From Octopus sinensis (Eukaryota): 64,000 bases of DNA. This document shows, in pieces, positions 49,312 through 62,439 of this stretch; the first letter of the stretch is position 1; every line of letters starts with the position of its first letter. The translations under genes and the position numbers were made by a program. The notes under the pieces were generated by a model that worked only from the letters and a program-made list of their open reading frames with translations, was not told the DNA's origin and searched no databases. The stretch lies in the NCBI RefSeq assembly GCF_006345805.1, contig NC_043002.1, positions 95,790,001 through 95,854,000 on the forward strand, written 5' to 3'.

Positions 49312-51048
49312 ACAGACAGACAAACTGATATAAACTCTTCAATAACAATTAAAATACTGTAGTTCTTTATTTAGTGATATAATGATGTTCGATAATGAAT
49401 AAATTGCTAGTTTTGTATTTATTGATATACTAACTGCATAGGAAATAAAATATCAAATACTTTAACATTAAAACTTTGCCTCATCTTTATAAAAATTAGT
49501 AACAAATTGCTATTAATTAATTACTTTAATTTTCACCTAATTATGCTTAAAATCAATTTTTAAGAATGCATTGCTTATGAAGGGGAATGATTTGAAGTAG
49601 CTAATTAATTTCAAAAATAAATTACAAATAAATACAATTATAAAGTAATTGTTCTTTGCACATACTAACTATATTAATAGGTGTATTAGAATAATGAAAT
49701 TGAGTTACAAACTACGTTTCTATTCCATCAAGTGATTTCTAAGTTTTGTTGAAATCAGGTGAAACTTTCTAGTTCCCCTGTATATTACTCTAAATGACCA
49801 TCACTGGAAAGGAACTAGTGAGTTACCTTCATTGCAACACATGTTTTTATATAAGACACCATCACCAGGCCAATAAAAGCAGCATCAAATGGTTTGGTAA
49901 TGTTACAAGTTCCATGAAATGTCACAAAATATTGGAATGAGGAGAGTGAATTAGTAAAATCAGTAGATTATCAAACAAAATTCCTTGTGGTATTAAATTA
50001 TGCCTCTTGGTGTTCTGAATTAAAATCTTGTTAGTCACACATGCATTCTAGTGTTGATAAAATGAAAACCAGAGAGAAACTGGGGTGGGAGATAATGTCT
50101 TGATTAGCAATACTTTCCCCAAAAATATGAGTTCATTCATGTGTTTGTTAGAAACTAAGACTGGAATAACTTACAGAACTGAATTTCAGCTTATACTTGC
50201 ATGAGTTAGATAAGTGTATTTTAGCCAAGATCCATATGGCTCCTAAGAGTTACAACCACTTTTTAGGGGCCACATGAAAAAAATGAAGAAATTTGGAAGT
50301 CACAGAAGTTTCTGGTGGGGAGGTGAATGACACAAATTTACTCCAGATGTATGATCACTTTATCTTTTTTTTAAAATTATTTCTTGTTATTTCTGGAGAA
50401 AGGGACATTGCTCATGACCTTAGGAGGCCTTCCAAAACTGGTGAGTTTGATGTTATTAATGTTATTAAATGTTCCATTTAAAATACTGCAGGCCAACACC
50501 TGAAGAAAACAAATGAGCAGGGAGAAGATTAAAGAGAAATAATGTTCTGGGAAGAAAAGACTTGACATAATGGGAAGTGTGGGGGCTGGGGAGGAGGGAT
50601 ATGCACCAAGAAAGACAATAGGTGAAAAGATGTATGGGGTGGAGTACCTGGGTGGTGGAGGTACAAAACCAGCCAGCTCTAAGAAACAGAGGCCACTATG
50701 GTGAGAGGGAAGACAGCCGTTGTTTGTGTGTGCGTGTGTGTGCATGCACATATGCGAAAGTGCTTGTATCTTGTATTTTGTTTGTCATCACATAAGCAAA
50801 GTGGTGTTGATGTTGACATGTTTTGCGGACCACGATTAGCTATTCTGCACTTTTGAAAAACTTGTAAAATATATAATTCCTGATCTGAAAAAATGGGTGA
50901 GGCATGGCAACAGGAAGAGCATCCAGCCATAAAATTCTGCTGAAAATTAGTTTCTGTGCAAGCCATGTTGGCATAGAAAACAGACATTAAATAAACAAAG
51001 GAATGACAGCAAGTGGATATCAATAACTGGTGTCCATATATATATAAG

Positions 51049-51116
<68 letters not shown>

Positions 51117-51121
51117 CTGAC

Positions 51122-51155
<34 letters not shown>

Positions 51156-51156
51156 A

Positions 51157-52383
51157 CAAGGGGCGTTCAATAAGTAATGCCCCTGACCCACTTCCCATAG
51201 CAGTAGAGCAATGAAACTTGGCACAGTTATTAGTCTTTTTCTATATAGGAACCACCCAGAGTTACGCATTTCTCCCATCGTTTGATGCAGCTCTGGAGAC
51301 TGTTTTAGTAGAAGACCCCCAGCTTGGTCCTCCAACCTCAACGTGACTTCAGAAATCAAGGCTGCATCATCTGGGAAACGCTTTCCTTTCAAAAACAACT
51401 TCATGGCTGGGAAGAGGTGAAAATCAGAGGGTGCAAGGTCAGGAGAGTAGGGGAGGGGAGGAGTTCATAGCCGCACGCCTGTGCTTCTGATCTGGCAACA
51501 CGCGAGTTGTGGACCGGAGCATTGTCCAGCAGGAGGAGGATGCCTTTGCTGATCTTGCCCCGCCTCTTGATTTTGATAGCTTCTCTTAATTTCCTCAAAA
51601 GTGAAGCATAATAGGCTCCTGTAATTGTGGTACCCTTTGCCAGGAAATCTGTCATCACTACTTCGTCCTGGTCCCAGAAGACTGTGAGCATGACCTTGCC
51701 AGCGGAGGGCTGCACCCTTGCCTTCTTTGGAAGAGGTGAGTCACGGTGCTTCCACTGCATTGACTGAGATTTGGTCTCTGGATCATAGTGATGGACCCAG
51801 GTTTCATCCTGTGTAATCAGTCTTTTGAAAAATTTTGACTCATCTTCTTGGCACATCTCTAAATTCATCCTCGGGCACTCGATGCATTCTTGCTTCTGGA
51901 AAGGTGTGAGCAACTTGGGAATCCATCTGGCAGACACCTTTTGCATATGCAAATGGTCATGAATGATAGTTTCCACAGGCCCGGTACTAATCTTGACCTC
52001 ATGGGCTATTTGGCGAATAGTTATGCGTCGATCTTCCAAAATGGCAGCCTCAACTTGACGGACAGATACCTCATCAATGGCAGAAGGGGGAGAGACCCGA
52101 TCTGGGAACTGTTTCCACAGAGTTCCGACCATGTTTGAATTCACGATGCCAGCGTTTTACAAGGTCATATAATGGGGCATCATCACCATAAGTTACTTTC
52201 ATTTCATCAAAAGTCCCCCGTGGTGTGCGTCCTTTCAAATACAAAAACCGGATCACTGCTCGACACTCAACAGGCTCCATTTCACACTTGACTCAGTTCA
52301 AACACCTGTAAATCAGAAACTGATTTCAGCTAAATCAAACAACTGCAAGTGGGTCAGGGGCATTACTTATTGAACGTCCCTCA
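51157..52383 (-). mobile_element. Mariner copy 3, frameshifted, ~65-bp deletion in the 5' UTR
   Basis: Same TIRs; ORF pieces 52074-52280, 51401-52144 and 51207-51404. Confidence 0.95.
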
Positions 52384-52471
52384 TACACACATGTATATAT
52401 ATATATATATATACATACATACATACATATATATATATATACATATATATATATGTATTATATATTATACA

Positions 52472-52502
<31 letters not shown>

Positions 52503-52911
52503 GTATATATATATTACATACATATATATATATATACATATATATATATGTATATATGTATATACATATATATATGTATATATATATTACATACATATAT
52601 ATATATTACATATATATATGTATATATATATTACATACATATATATATAACATATATATATGTATATATATATTACATACATATATATACATATATATAC
52701 ATATATATATATACTATATATATACATATATACATATATATATATATATACATATATACATATATATACATATATACATATATATATACATATACATATA
52801 TATACATATATATACATATACATATATATACATATATACATATATATACATATATACATATATATATACATATATATATATATACATATATACATATACA
52901 TATATATATAT

Positions 52912-52960
<49 letters not shown>

Positions 52961-53091
52961 CATATATACATATATATATACATATATATATACATATATA
53001 CATATATATATATATACATAATATATATACATAATATATATACATATATACATAGATATACACATATATATATATATACATATATATACAT
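52384..53091. repeat. ~700-bp (TA)n/(TACA) array
   Basis: Direct reading. Confidence 0.95.
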
Positions 53092-53094
53092 AGG

Positions 53095-55972
53095 TACAAG
53101 ATTTTCTGGGCAGGGAACACTGACGGGGTTGGTGGCGTGGGTATAATTATCGCTGAGAAATGGATAGATAGAGTAATTGAGGTAATCAGAGTAAGTGACA
53201 GAATACTTAAGATTAGAATAGTGCTTCATAATAGATTAGCAACCATTATATCGGCCTATGCCCCTCAGCCAGGGCTACCCGATGGACAGAAAGACAGTTT
53301 CTATGACACCCTACTGCAGACCACCTCATCGACGAACGACAGGACCTTCTCTTTGTGGCTGGTGATTTCAATGGGCATGTTGGACGACATGCTGGGGGCT
53401 TCCATGGCGTACATGGAGGCTACGGTTATGGTTCCCGCAACGAGGAGGGAACCAGGCTGCTGGAGTTCTGCGATGCGAATAGTCTTATGGTCTGCAACAC
53501 TAACTTCAGGAAACCAACAAGCCACCTGGTCACCTACCGATCGGGCCGGCATACTAGCCAAATCGACTACATCCTTGCCAGAAAAAGGGAAAGATGGCTG
53601 CTTAAAAATGCCAAAACCTTCCCAGGCGAAGAATGCACCCCACAACATAGACTGGTAGTTAGTGACTTTAGGATCAGGACTAAGAGGGCGACTAGAAGAC
53701 GACCAACATGGAGAAGAAGGGTCTGGAAGCTTAAAGCCCCTGCGAATGGACAGAGATTTAGAGATATGTTACTTGAAGCCTTTGACGAAGTGGAAGGGGG
53801 TATAGCTACACATGGGGTAGAAGACAACTGGACGTTTCTGAGGGACAACCTGCTGAAAGCCGCTGACCAGATCTGTGGCTGGTGCAAAGTCCCCTTAAGA
53901 CCCAAAATAACGTGGTGGTGGAACAATATTGTTGACAGGGCTATTAGACAAAAGAAACAGGCTTGGAAGGCCTGGAAGAACGGTGGTAGCAGGGAAGGGT
54001 ATCAGACTGCCAGAAGGGAAGCTAGGAGACAGGTCTATCTAGCCAGAGGGGAAGCAGATAAGAGAAAATTTGCCAATGTCCTGCGCCGTGAGGATGAAAG
54101 ACTTGAGGTATTTCGTGTTGCAAGACAGTGTGTGAGAGAGAATCGTGATGTGGTAGGAGAGAAATGTGTTCGCATGGAGGATGGTTCACTTGCGCTAAAT
54201 GAGGATGCAAAGAGAGAAGCTTGGAGACGCCACTATGAAAGGTTACTGAATGAGGAAAATGAATGGGATAAAGAGAGTCTGCCGAATGTTGACCCTACAG
54301 AGGGACCAGCTATCCGAGTTGATAGTTCCGTGGTAGCTAAGGCAATTAGAAGCATGAAGACAGGGAAAGCCCCAGGCCCATCAGGAATTACTGCAGAGAT
54401 GCTCAAAATATCTGGCAGTGTCGGCTATAACCTAGTCACCCGTATAGTCAACCAGGTGATACACGAAGGAGTCATACCCAATGACTGGTGCAGCAGCATA
54501 CTAGTCAACTGCTACAAAGGTAAAGGTGATGCCCTAGATACAAATAATTACAGAGGTATCAAGCTGTTGGATCAAGTAATGAAGGTTACGGAGAGGGTCA
54601 TAGCCCAACTAATTAGAGAGAGAGTTAGTTTAGATGAGATGCAGTTTGGGTTCGTGCCAGGAAAAGTACCACTGATGCTATATTCCTGGTAAGGCAGCTG
54701 CAGGAGAAATACCTAGCCAAAGATAAGCCCCTGTACCTGGCTTTCGTTGACATGGAGAAAGCTTTTGATAGGGTCCCCCGATCCCTTATCTGGTGGTCAA
54801 TGAGGAAACTAGGGATAGATGAATGGCTGGTGAGGACTGTGCAAGCCATGTACAGAGATGCCGTAAGTAAGGTTAGGGTTGGCAACATGTACACAGAAGA
54901 ATTCAAAGTAGAGGTTGGGGTCCACCAGGGTTCAGTACTCAGCCCCCTCCTATTTATCATAGTACTCCAGGCAATTACGGAGGAATTCAAGACAGGCTGT
55001 CCCTGGGAGCTCCTCTACGCTGACGACCTTGCTCTTATTGCTGAGTCACTATCAGAACTGGAGGAGAAGTTCCAGGTGTGGAAGGAGGGTTTAGAATCAA
55101 GGGGCCTTAGAGTCAACCTAGCTAAAACCAAAGTACTAATAAGTAGAAAGGTAGACAATCCACAAATATCTTCAGGAAGATGGCCCTGCTCGATCTGTAG
55201 AAAAGGTGTAGGTAGAAACTCTATAAGATGTACCCAGTGTAAGCTATGGACACATAAGAGGTGCAGCAATGTCAAAGGTAGGCTAACTGGGAAGATAGTT
55301 TTTGTATGTGGCAGATGCTCGGGAGCATTAACCTCCGAAAATCTGCAGAAAACAACTTCCGTCACTTTCCAGGGGGAAAAACTAGAAGTAGTTGATAGCT
55401 TCCGTTATCTAGGTGACCAAGTCAGTAGTGGGGGTGGGTGCGCTGAAAGTGTAACTGCTAGAATAAGAATAGCCTGGGCAAAGTTTAGGGAGCTCTTACC
55501 TCTGCTGGTGACTAAAGGCCTCTCGCTCAGAGTAAAAGGCAGACTGTATGATGCGTGTGTACGAACAGCCATGCTACATGGCAGCGAAACATGGGCTGTG
55601 ACTGCTGAGGACATGCGTAAGCTCGTGAGGAATGAAGCCAGTATGCTCCGATGGATGTGTAATGTCAGTGTACATACTCGACAGAGCGTTAGCACCTTGA
55701 GAGAAATGTTGTACCTAAGAAGCATCAGTTGTGGTGTGCAAGAGAGACGATTGCGCTGGTATGGTCATGTGGCGAGAATGGATGAAGATAGGTGTGTGAG
55801 AAAGTGCCAATCCCTAGCAGTTGAGGGAACCCGTGGAAGAGGTAGACCCAGGAAAACCTGGGACGAGGTGGTGAAGCACGACCTTCGAACTTTAGGCCTC
55901 ACTGAGGAAATGACCAGAGACCGAGACCTTTGGAAATATTCTGTACGTGAGAAGACCAGGCAGGACAAGTGA
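53095..55972 (+). pseudogene. RTE APE-RT polyprotein with two apparent 1-nt deletions (~53343, ~54660)
   Basis: Three overlapping frames (53137-, 53355-54692, 54752-55972) join into one reading; no in-frame stops seen in the joined path. Confidence 0.9.
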
Positions 55973-56052
55973 GCCCAGCCCACTTATGAATGCCTTTCCT
56001 CCCTTGGACACAAAGACCGGTTGAGGCAAGCGAAGTCGATATAGAACCTCAT

Positions 56053-56515
56053 CCGACGACAGACACCCATCCCAACCCCCCATGCTTGCGAAGACATGTT
56101 GGGGCAAGCGAAATCGAAATCGAAATCGAAACCGAATTGAACCAGCCAGGATCCCTGGCCTGGTGGTACGTAAAAAGCACTATCCGACTCGGGGCCGTGG
56201 CACGTAAAATACTCCAATGCGACCGTACGACAGGCACCCATGCCAACCCCCTTTGCTTGTGAAGACATGTTGGGGCAAGCGAAATCGAAATCGAATTGAA
56301 CCAGCCAGGATCCCTGGTCTGGTGGTACGTAAAAAGCACTATCCGACTCGTGGCCGTGGCACGTAAAATACTCCAATGCGACCGTACGACAGGCACCCTT
56401 GCCAACCCCCTTTGCTTGTGAAGACATGTTGGGGCAAGCGAAATCGAAATCGAATTGAACCAGCCAGGATCCCTGGTCTGGGGGTACGTAAAAAGCACTA
56501 TCCGACTCGTGGCCG
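56053..56515 (+). repeat. ~159-bp tandem repeat x~3 in the RTE 3' UTR
   Basis: GAAGACATGTTGGGGCAAGCGAAATC at 56090, 56261 and 56420; variable (GAAATC)n. Confidence 0.92.
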
Positions 56516-57000
56516 ATGCCAGCACCGCCTCGACTGGCTTCCGTGCCGGTGGCACATAAAATACACCAATCTGACCGTGGCCGTTGCCAGCCCCGCCTGG
56601 CACCTGTGCAGGTGGCACGTAAAAAGCACCCACTACACTCACGGAGTGGTTGGCGTTAGGAAGGGCATCCAGCTGTAGAAACATTGCCAAATTAGACTGG
56701 AGCCTGGTGCAGCCTTCTGGCTTCCCAGAACCCCGGTCGAACCGTCCAACCCATGCTAGCATGGAGAACGGACGTTAAACGACGATGATGATATATATAT
56801 ACATATATACATATATATATACATATATACATATATACATATATATATGTGTGTGTGTGTGTGTATGTGTGTGTGTGTGTGTGTGTATACATACATTTAT
56901 ATACACACACACACACACATATATATATGTAGTGATGATGCATATATAATGTTTGCAGGTCTTTCAGAAACATAAATATTTGTAGAGCATCAATGTATCG

Positions 57001-57044
57001 TGTTACTGATACATCAATAATTCCCTATTGATGTATCAGTAACA
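57001..57044. repeat. Perfect 19-bp hairpin, 6-nt loop
   Basis: TGTTACTGATACATCAATA-ATTCCC-TATTGATGTATCAGTAACA. Confidence 0.9.
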
Positions 57045-57439
57045 ATAACCTTGACAAATAATTACCACCACCACTATTTATTATCACTTTATGGAGTGTG
57101 TAATGAAGATTATGATAGCTGTGGGAAGCTATGGAAATGATCTGTTTACTTATCTATACAAATAAATTAAACAACTATACACTTATCTGCATGTGTATAT
57201 GTTGCTGCTGTTGTTTAGCCAAAGGTGAGTCCTATACAATAAGACCCGTGAACAAAGGCATTGCAGCATTGACCATCCCTTCTTATTTTCAGACACAATG
57301 TATCTAAAACTACATTATCCAATGTCTCCTTTCTGATTTAAAGATTTAGTTCTATTTGTAGCCAACTAAGCTACAAAGTCGGAGCTCTTCATTGTTTCAT
57401 GAAATGATGAAGAGCCTATACATAGATACATATGTACGT

Positions 57440-57845
57440 ACTCTTTTACTTGTTTCAGTCATTGGACTGCGGTGATGCTGGAGCACCGCCTTTTAGTCGA
57501 GCAAATCGACCCCAGGACTTATTCTTTGTAAGCCCAGTACTTATACTATCGGTCTCTTTTGCCGAACCGCTAAGTTACGGGTCCGTAAACACACCAGCAT
57601 TGGTTGTCAAGCAATGCTAGGGGGACAAACACACACGAACACATACACACTCACATATATATATATATATATACATATACACGACAGGCTTCTTTCAGTT
57701 TCCATCTACCAAATCCACTCACAAGGCATTGGTCGGCCCGAGGCTATAGTAGAAGAAACTTGCCCAAGATGCCATGCAGTGGGACTGAACCCAGAACCAT
57801 ATGGTTGGTTAGCAAGCTACTTACCACACAGCCACTCCTGCGCCT
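57440..57845 (-). mobile_element. SINE family A copy
   Basis: Reverse-complement colinear with 2721-3150. Confidence 0.88.
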
Positions 57846-58282
57846 ATGTATTTATGTATTTGTAGCAATGTATTTAACTCTGAACACCTTTTCAAACTCC
57901 ACCTGTCTAACACCCGTGGACATGTTTACAAAGTCAGAAAACAACACAGCTCCCATGACTTTCGGAAACATTTTTTCACGCTAAGAGTTGCTGAAGCATG
58001 GAACAAACTGCTGGCATCAGTTGTTAGTTGTCGGAGCACTACATCCTTCAAAACTTCCATGCTTCCTGAGATTCGCCAACACTACACCTAATGTTCTCCA
58101 CTCCATACACACGCAAGCATGTATCTGACTCGTACAGTGTTCACTTTCCAGACATTTGTACATTACTGCATATGCTTTATATGCACTTTTGACAAGTTGC
58201 AGTGCACCTGAGCACTGTATACAATAATTTCATTATTATTATTATTATTATTATTAATATTATTATTATTATTATTATTATA
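57846..58282 (+). mobile_element. CR1-clade LINE 3' end with (ATT)n tail
   Basis: NTRGHVYKV...RKHFFTLRVAEAWNKL...SFK, the typical CR1 ORF2 C-terminus; stop at 58091. Confidence 0.85.
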
Positions 58283-60559
58283 CCTTGCTGAGTGTTGAGG
58301 AAGGGGTTGTGCTTATGTCTTTTGCAAGTCCTCATTCCTCTTGAATGTATGCATGTCAATACTTGCAAGGAAAACATGAACTGAAAGAAGACCAAGATGA
58401 CCAATATTCTGGGAAGAAAAGACTAGACATAGTAATTAGTGAGGGGTTGGACACAAGGGTGATGAGAGGAGGAAAAAAGAATGGGACAGGAGCTTCTAAA
58501 TGAAGATGGCATGAGTCCAGACAGCTCCAAAGAGCAGAAGCCATTAAAGTAGTGGGAGAAAAGAAAAACAGAGGAAACAATGCACCTGTGCCAGAGGCTG
58601 AGCATAATGGGGACTTTATACCAATCAGGTGGGTGGTCATTTTCTGTATCCAAGCTAGGATGTCTGTGTGCAGCAGCAGTATCATCTCAGAGGTGAGAAC
58701 AACACACCATTACAGATCTCAGCAATAACTGTTGAAGACTGACTTATCTTCTCGCCCAGAAGAGAAGGGCCAGTCATTGAGAATCAGTCCTGGCTATGTT
58801 AAGGATGTGCTTTTACCAAGAGAGATCCTTATTGATAGTGAACGCTATAAATGAGGGTTTTAGTTAAGTGCTGCACATGATTAAAAGGAAGGGTACAATG
58901 GTCCTTTCTTCAAAAGAGTAGCATTAATGTTTTCTTGCTGCTGAAAGAGACAAGATTGGCCTCGAGTTCATAGCTGCTTAGATGCTGAACATCTAATCCC
59001 TTCCTGTATAATCAGTAAATACAAGGCCACTATATAGTTTCTGAATATTATAGTCTCTGCTGAATAGTATTTTTTGCAAAGTCCCGCTTGTGGGTTTTTT
59101 TGGGTTCTTTTTTACTCAGACTCACTATTGCAAGTTTTAATTTTCTTTGCAGTTCTTATGAGTACTCAGTCATTTTGTTACTGTGAAGGTCTAGATAGAA
59201 AAACAAGGACATGAAGGTAGAACCTTGATAGATATGTACATTTCCATATCTACATGTATGCTTTTGAAATCTCTGTTCATGAAACCAGTGTGGATTGGAC
59301 ATGTAATGTTAGAGTTGCAAATGGCTGTTTGGGGACTCTTAGGGAAGGAAGAGGTGTTGTGTCAGCTGCATAAAAGTGGCTGCTGTTGGCCAAAGCAGCA
59401 AGTAAGTCACTGAAGCATAAAAGGAAATGAGTGGAGTACAAAAACTAACCACTAAATCATGCCAGAGTCGACAGAATAAAGAATAAAAGGAGAGAAAGAA
59501 CTCCGTCAGTACATATGAGAATAGATCTATTGTACTGTGTTTAATATGAGAAATTTGATACAGAAACATCAAGGTCAATGGTCAAACATGGTGGGTAGCA
59601 TTATACTCAAGTGCAAAAGAAGAAAGATAAGAGAATAAAATATATTAATTAGATATGACATGTTGAGGTCACACTATACTTGACATTGTATTCAAGTAAA
59701 TTCAGTACCTGTGTCCATAACAATGACAATGGAAGGAAAATAAGAGAAAAAGAAATGGAAAGCATGATAACAACTGGATACAAATTTAAACTCTTTTATT
59801 AAATAATCATTTATGTTCTGAATTTAGAAAACTTTGGACAGTTAGACTAGTCTTTTTCAACATACATGAAATAATATTTGTTTTTTTTTTTTCTCTTTTT
59901 GGTCAGATCTTGAATATTTAGACACATCCCAGAAGTTGTTAAATTTAGTAGTAGATATTTCCACCATTCACATGGGATGCCATAGTTTGATTCTTCATGA
60001 ATGGGAATGACCGTTCTAATGGAGGTATCTCAGCATGGTCGCAGCACACGGTCAGGAACCATGGAAAGGTAAAACAGTCTTCAAGTTAAATCAACAATAC
60101 CATAATCTTATATACAACAATCTTTAAATATATCCAGCAGTAAAGAGATATTGTAGTTCAAATGTAGCTTTAAGCCATCCTGTTTCCTATTACATGAGTG
60201 GATTGCAAGGTTATCAAACCCTTCTTAATACAATACAGCAAAAGAATATTTTGCAGCTGCAGATCAGCCCTGACTGAGTGGAAACAGTCAAAAGTAATCC
60301 AGTCATTACCACATGGTTGTATATCTAGGACTACCTCATACAATATATCATTCTTTGCCAAGATGATAAAGTATTATTTGACAGAATTTGGTTGCTATTT
60401 CATGTAGGGTGAAGTAATGTGTAGAGGCTCCATCTTCCAAATCCTTTCAAAAGAAAACAAAAAAAGGAATTTAAACATTTCAAAAACCTTTCGTTTTTAA
60501 AAATTATTCAAATTTAATTTCATATGATGAGAAGATTAATATATATATAGGATCACCAG

Positions 60560-61080
60560 CATCATCACCATCACCATTTAACGCTCCTTTACCATGCTGG
60601 CATGGGTTGGACATTTCAACAGGAGCTGGCAAGCCAGAGGACTGTGTTAAGCTCCAATGTCTGCATTGACATGGTTTCTACAGCTAGACATCCTTCTTAA
60701 TGTCAGTATATTGAGAGCTTTTTCATGGCACTGGCATTACTGAGGTTAACAAGTAACTCACCAGACTATATTCCTCAACAGTGTGGCAGTGCAGTATTGA
60801 GGAAGATGTTTTTTGTGCTAGGTGTTGAGAGGCTAAAGTATTATAGAGGAGCAGGAACAGGTGTGTTAGTGTGAGGGAAATATCTGTCTTTCACCGCGTG
60901 ACAACATGTGTTGGTTTGTTTATGTCCTTGTAGCTTACCAATTCAGGAAAAGAGACACTGATTGAATAAGAACCAGACTTATAAATAAGAACTGAGGTTG
61001 ATTTTGATTGATGACACTATTCATGAAAGTGCTCCAGTACAGCCACAGTCAAAAATGACTGAAACAAGTAAAAGAGTAAA
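60560..61080. mobile_element. RTE 3' tail (minus, ~60560-60890) followed by the 3' half of SINE A (plus, ~60890-61080)
   Basis: CCATTTAACG..CCATGCTGGCATGGGTTGG; then GACTGAAACAAGTAAAAGAG. Confidence 0.65.
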
Positions 61081-61441
61081 CAAAATAGACACAACAAAAA
61101 AAAAATAATACAAATAATAAAAGATAACAGAATGATTGACTACCTTCATTTGAAATATAATTTATGTTAACTGCTTTTGATCTTTATGATCTGGAACAAG
61201 TTGTATATTCTGAAATTAAATTTGAAAATATAACTGTCAAAAGAACTATAAACTATTTGACTTTATGAACTTGATATCTCATATTTATATACAGAATTGG
61301 AGGAGCAGTGTCAGTTACCTTCACAGGTCCTCTGAGATTGGTAAAATCAATGCAGAGGTCATGATATGTTGAACTGTTCTTAAATGTCTATGAGATGAAA
61401 GTTACCATACTTTAATCCATCCTTATGTGCCAGTGCTTTAT

Positions 61442-61620
61442 CTAATGCCCATGATATTCTAATGACTTCTCCTTTGTCTCTCTCCATTTCCAAATGTACT
61501 TTGATAGTGTTGTGGTGTTTCCAAAGTGGTGATTGCAGAACAAGCTATTGTGCAAGTACAAGCAACCCTTGAAGGAGTTTTCTGTAAGCACAATATAATT
61601 TGATGGCAGAGAGATCAATC
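61442..61620 (-). pseudogene. Penelope GIY-YIG remnant
   Basis: NYIVLTENSFKGCLYLHNSLF...NTTTLSKYIW, matching the YIG-x-TE-x-FK-x-R...H...F...T-x-LSK-x-IW pattern. Confidence 0.7.
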
Positions 61621-61789
61621 TGAAGTATAATGTATGATAACTGCCAATGATATACAATATGTTTTAAGGCAGTAACTAGATAGCATTGTTGAGTACATTA
61701 TACTTTCTTTGTATCAGTTACATGATAGAGCTGTGCTGTAATATTTGGCAGCCCTAATGAAGGTAGCTTCACTAGAGTACAAATCATCA

Positions 61790-61945
61790 TCATTGTCATC
61801 ATTTAACATCCATTTTCCATGCCAACATGGGTTAGACGGTTTGACATGGAGCTGGCCAGCTAGAGGAGCTGTCCAAACTCCAATTGTCTGTTGTGGAATG
61901 GTTTTGGTTTCTACAGCTGCATACCCTTCCTAACAGCAACCACTG
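61790..61945 (-). mobile_element. RTE 3' tail fragment
   Basis: CATCATTTAACATCCATTTTCCATGCCAACATGGGTTAGAC. Confidence 0.75.
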
Positions 61946-62430
61946 TGGAGGCACAATGGCCCAGTGGTTAGGGCAGCGGACTCACGGTTGTAAGAACATG
62001 GTTTTGATTCCCAGACCGGGCATAGTGAGTGCTTATTGAGCAAAAACACCTAAGCTCCACGAGGCTCTGGCAGGGTGGGGGTGAACCCCGCTGTACTCTT
62101 TTGCCACAACTTTCTCTCGCTCTTTCTTCCTACTTCTGCCACAAAGCAGAGGAACCATGGTGTAACCCACTATGGTGTGGTAAACTTTCAGACCTTTGTC
62201 TAGATTGTGAATCCTCTGTACCCCAGGATGGTTCAGCTCTCCACCCGTTAAAAGCCACCGTTTACGGAATGAGGATAACAACGTAGCTTTTGCACCCATG
62301 CAACCACCAGTCTATTACGTGTGGTGAGTGGATCTTCAAGTTGCTACATTCTTGGTAGCTTACAGTAGGCTTGAATTAAAGATTATCCTTTGTGGCTAAT
62401 GGCATGAGTCCTGATTGGAAGAAGAAGAAG
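61946..62430 (+). mobile_element. SINE family C, subtype 2 copy
   Basis: Colinear over ~480 bp with 6524-7015. Confidence 0.85.
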
Positions 62431-62439
62431 ACAGCAACC

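Larger units (their letters stand above)
53092..56792 (+). mobile_element. 5'-truncated RTE-clade LINE (APE, RT, long 3' UTR, (GAT)n tail) in a (TA)n tract
   Basis: APE motifs SAYAPQ, GDFNGHVG, SQIDYIL, QHRLVV; RT motifs NYRGIKLL, DMEKAFD, GVHQGSVLSP, YADD, FRYLG; RTE C-terminus RGRGRPRKTW; tail GGACGTTAAACGACGATGATGAT. Confidence 0.95.

Noticed and set aside
52349-53229. Long YIYI/ICIY-type ORFs (also at 21.2-21.7, 33.2-34.8 and 44.2-44.8 kb)
   Set aside because: Translations of (TA)n/(CA)n/(GATA)n microsatellites that lack stops; not genes
53301-56107. Minus-strand ORFs over the RTE LINE and opposite-strand ORFs over the mariner and Dong elements
   Set aside because: Antisense shadows of the transposon coding frames
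56053-56515. Possible CRISPR-like array or tandem hammerheads (TGAAGA...CGAAATC)
   Set aside because: Eukaryotic LINE 3' UTR; units are whole tandem copies without unique spacers; no C3, no stem II and no GUH for a hammerhead
59880-60410. Exon-like segment (strong acceptor at ~59906, GAAAG|GTAAAA donor at ~60068) and ORFs 60170-60361 / 60198-60407
   Set aside because: Frames between acceptor and donor that I checked contain stops and no homology is recognisable; could be non-coding exons but unsupported
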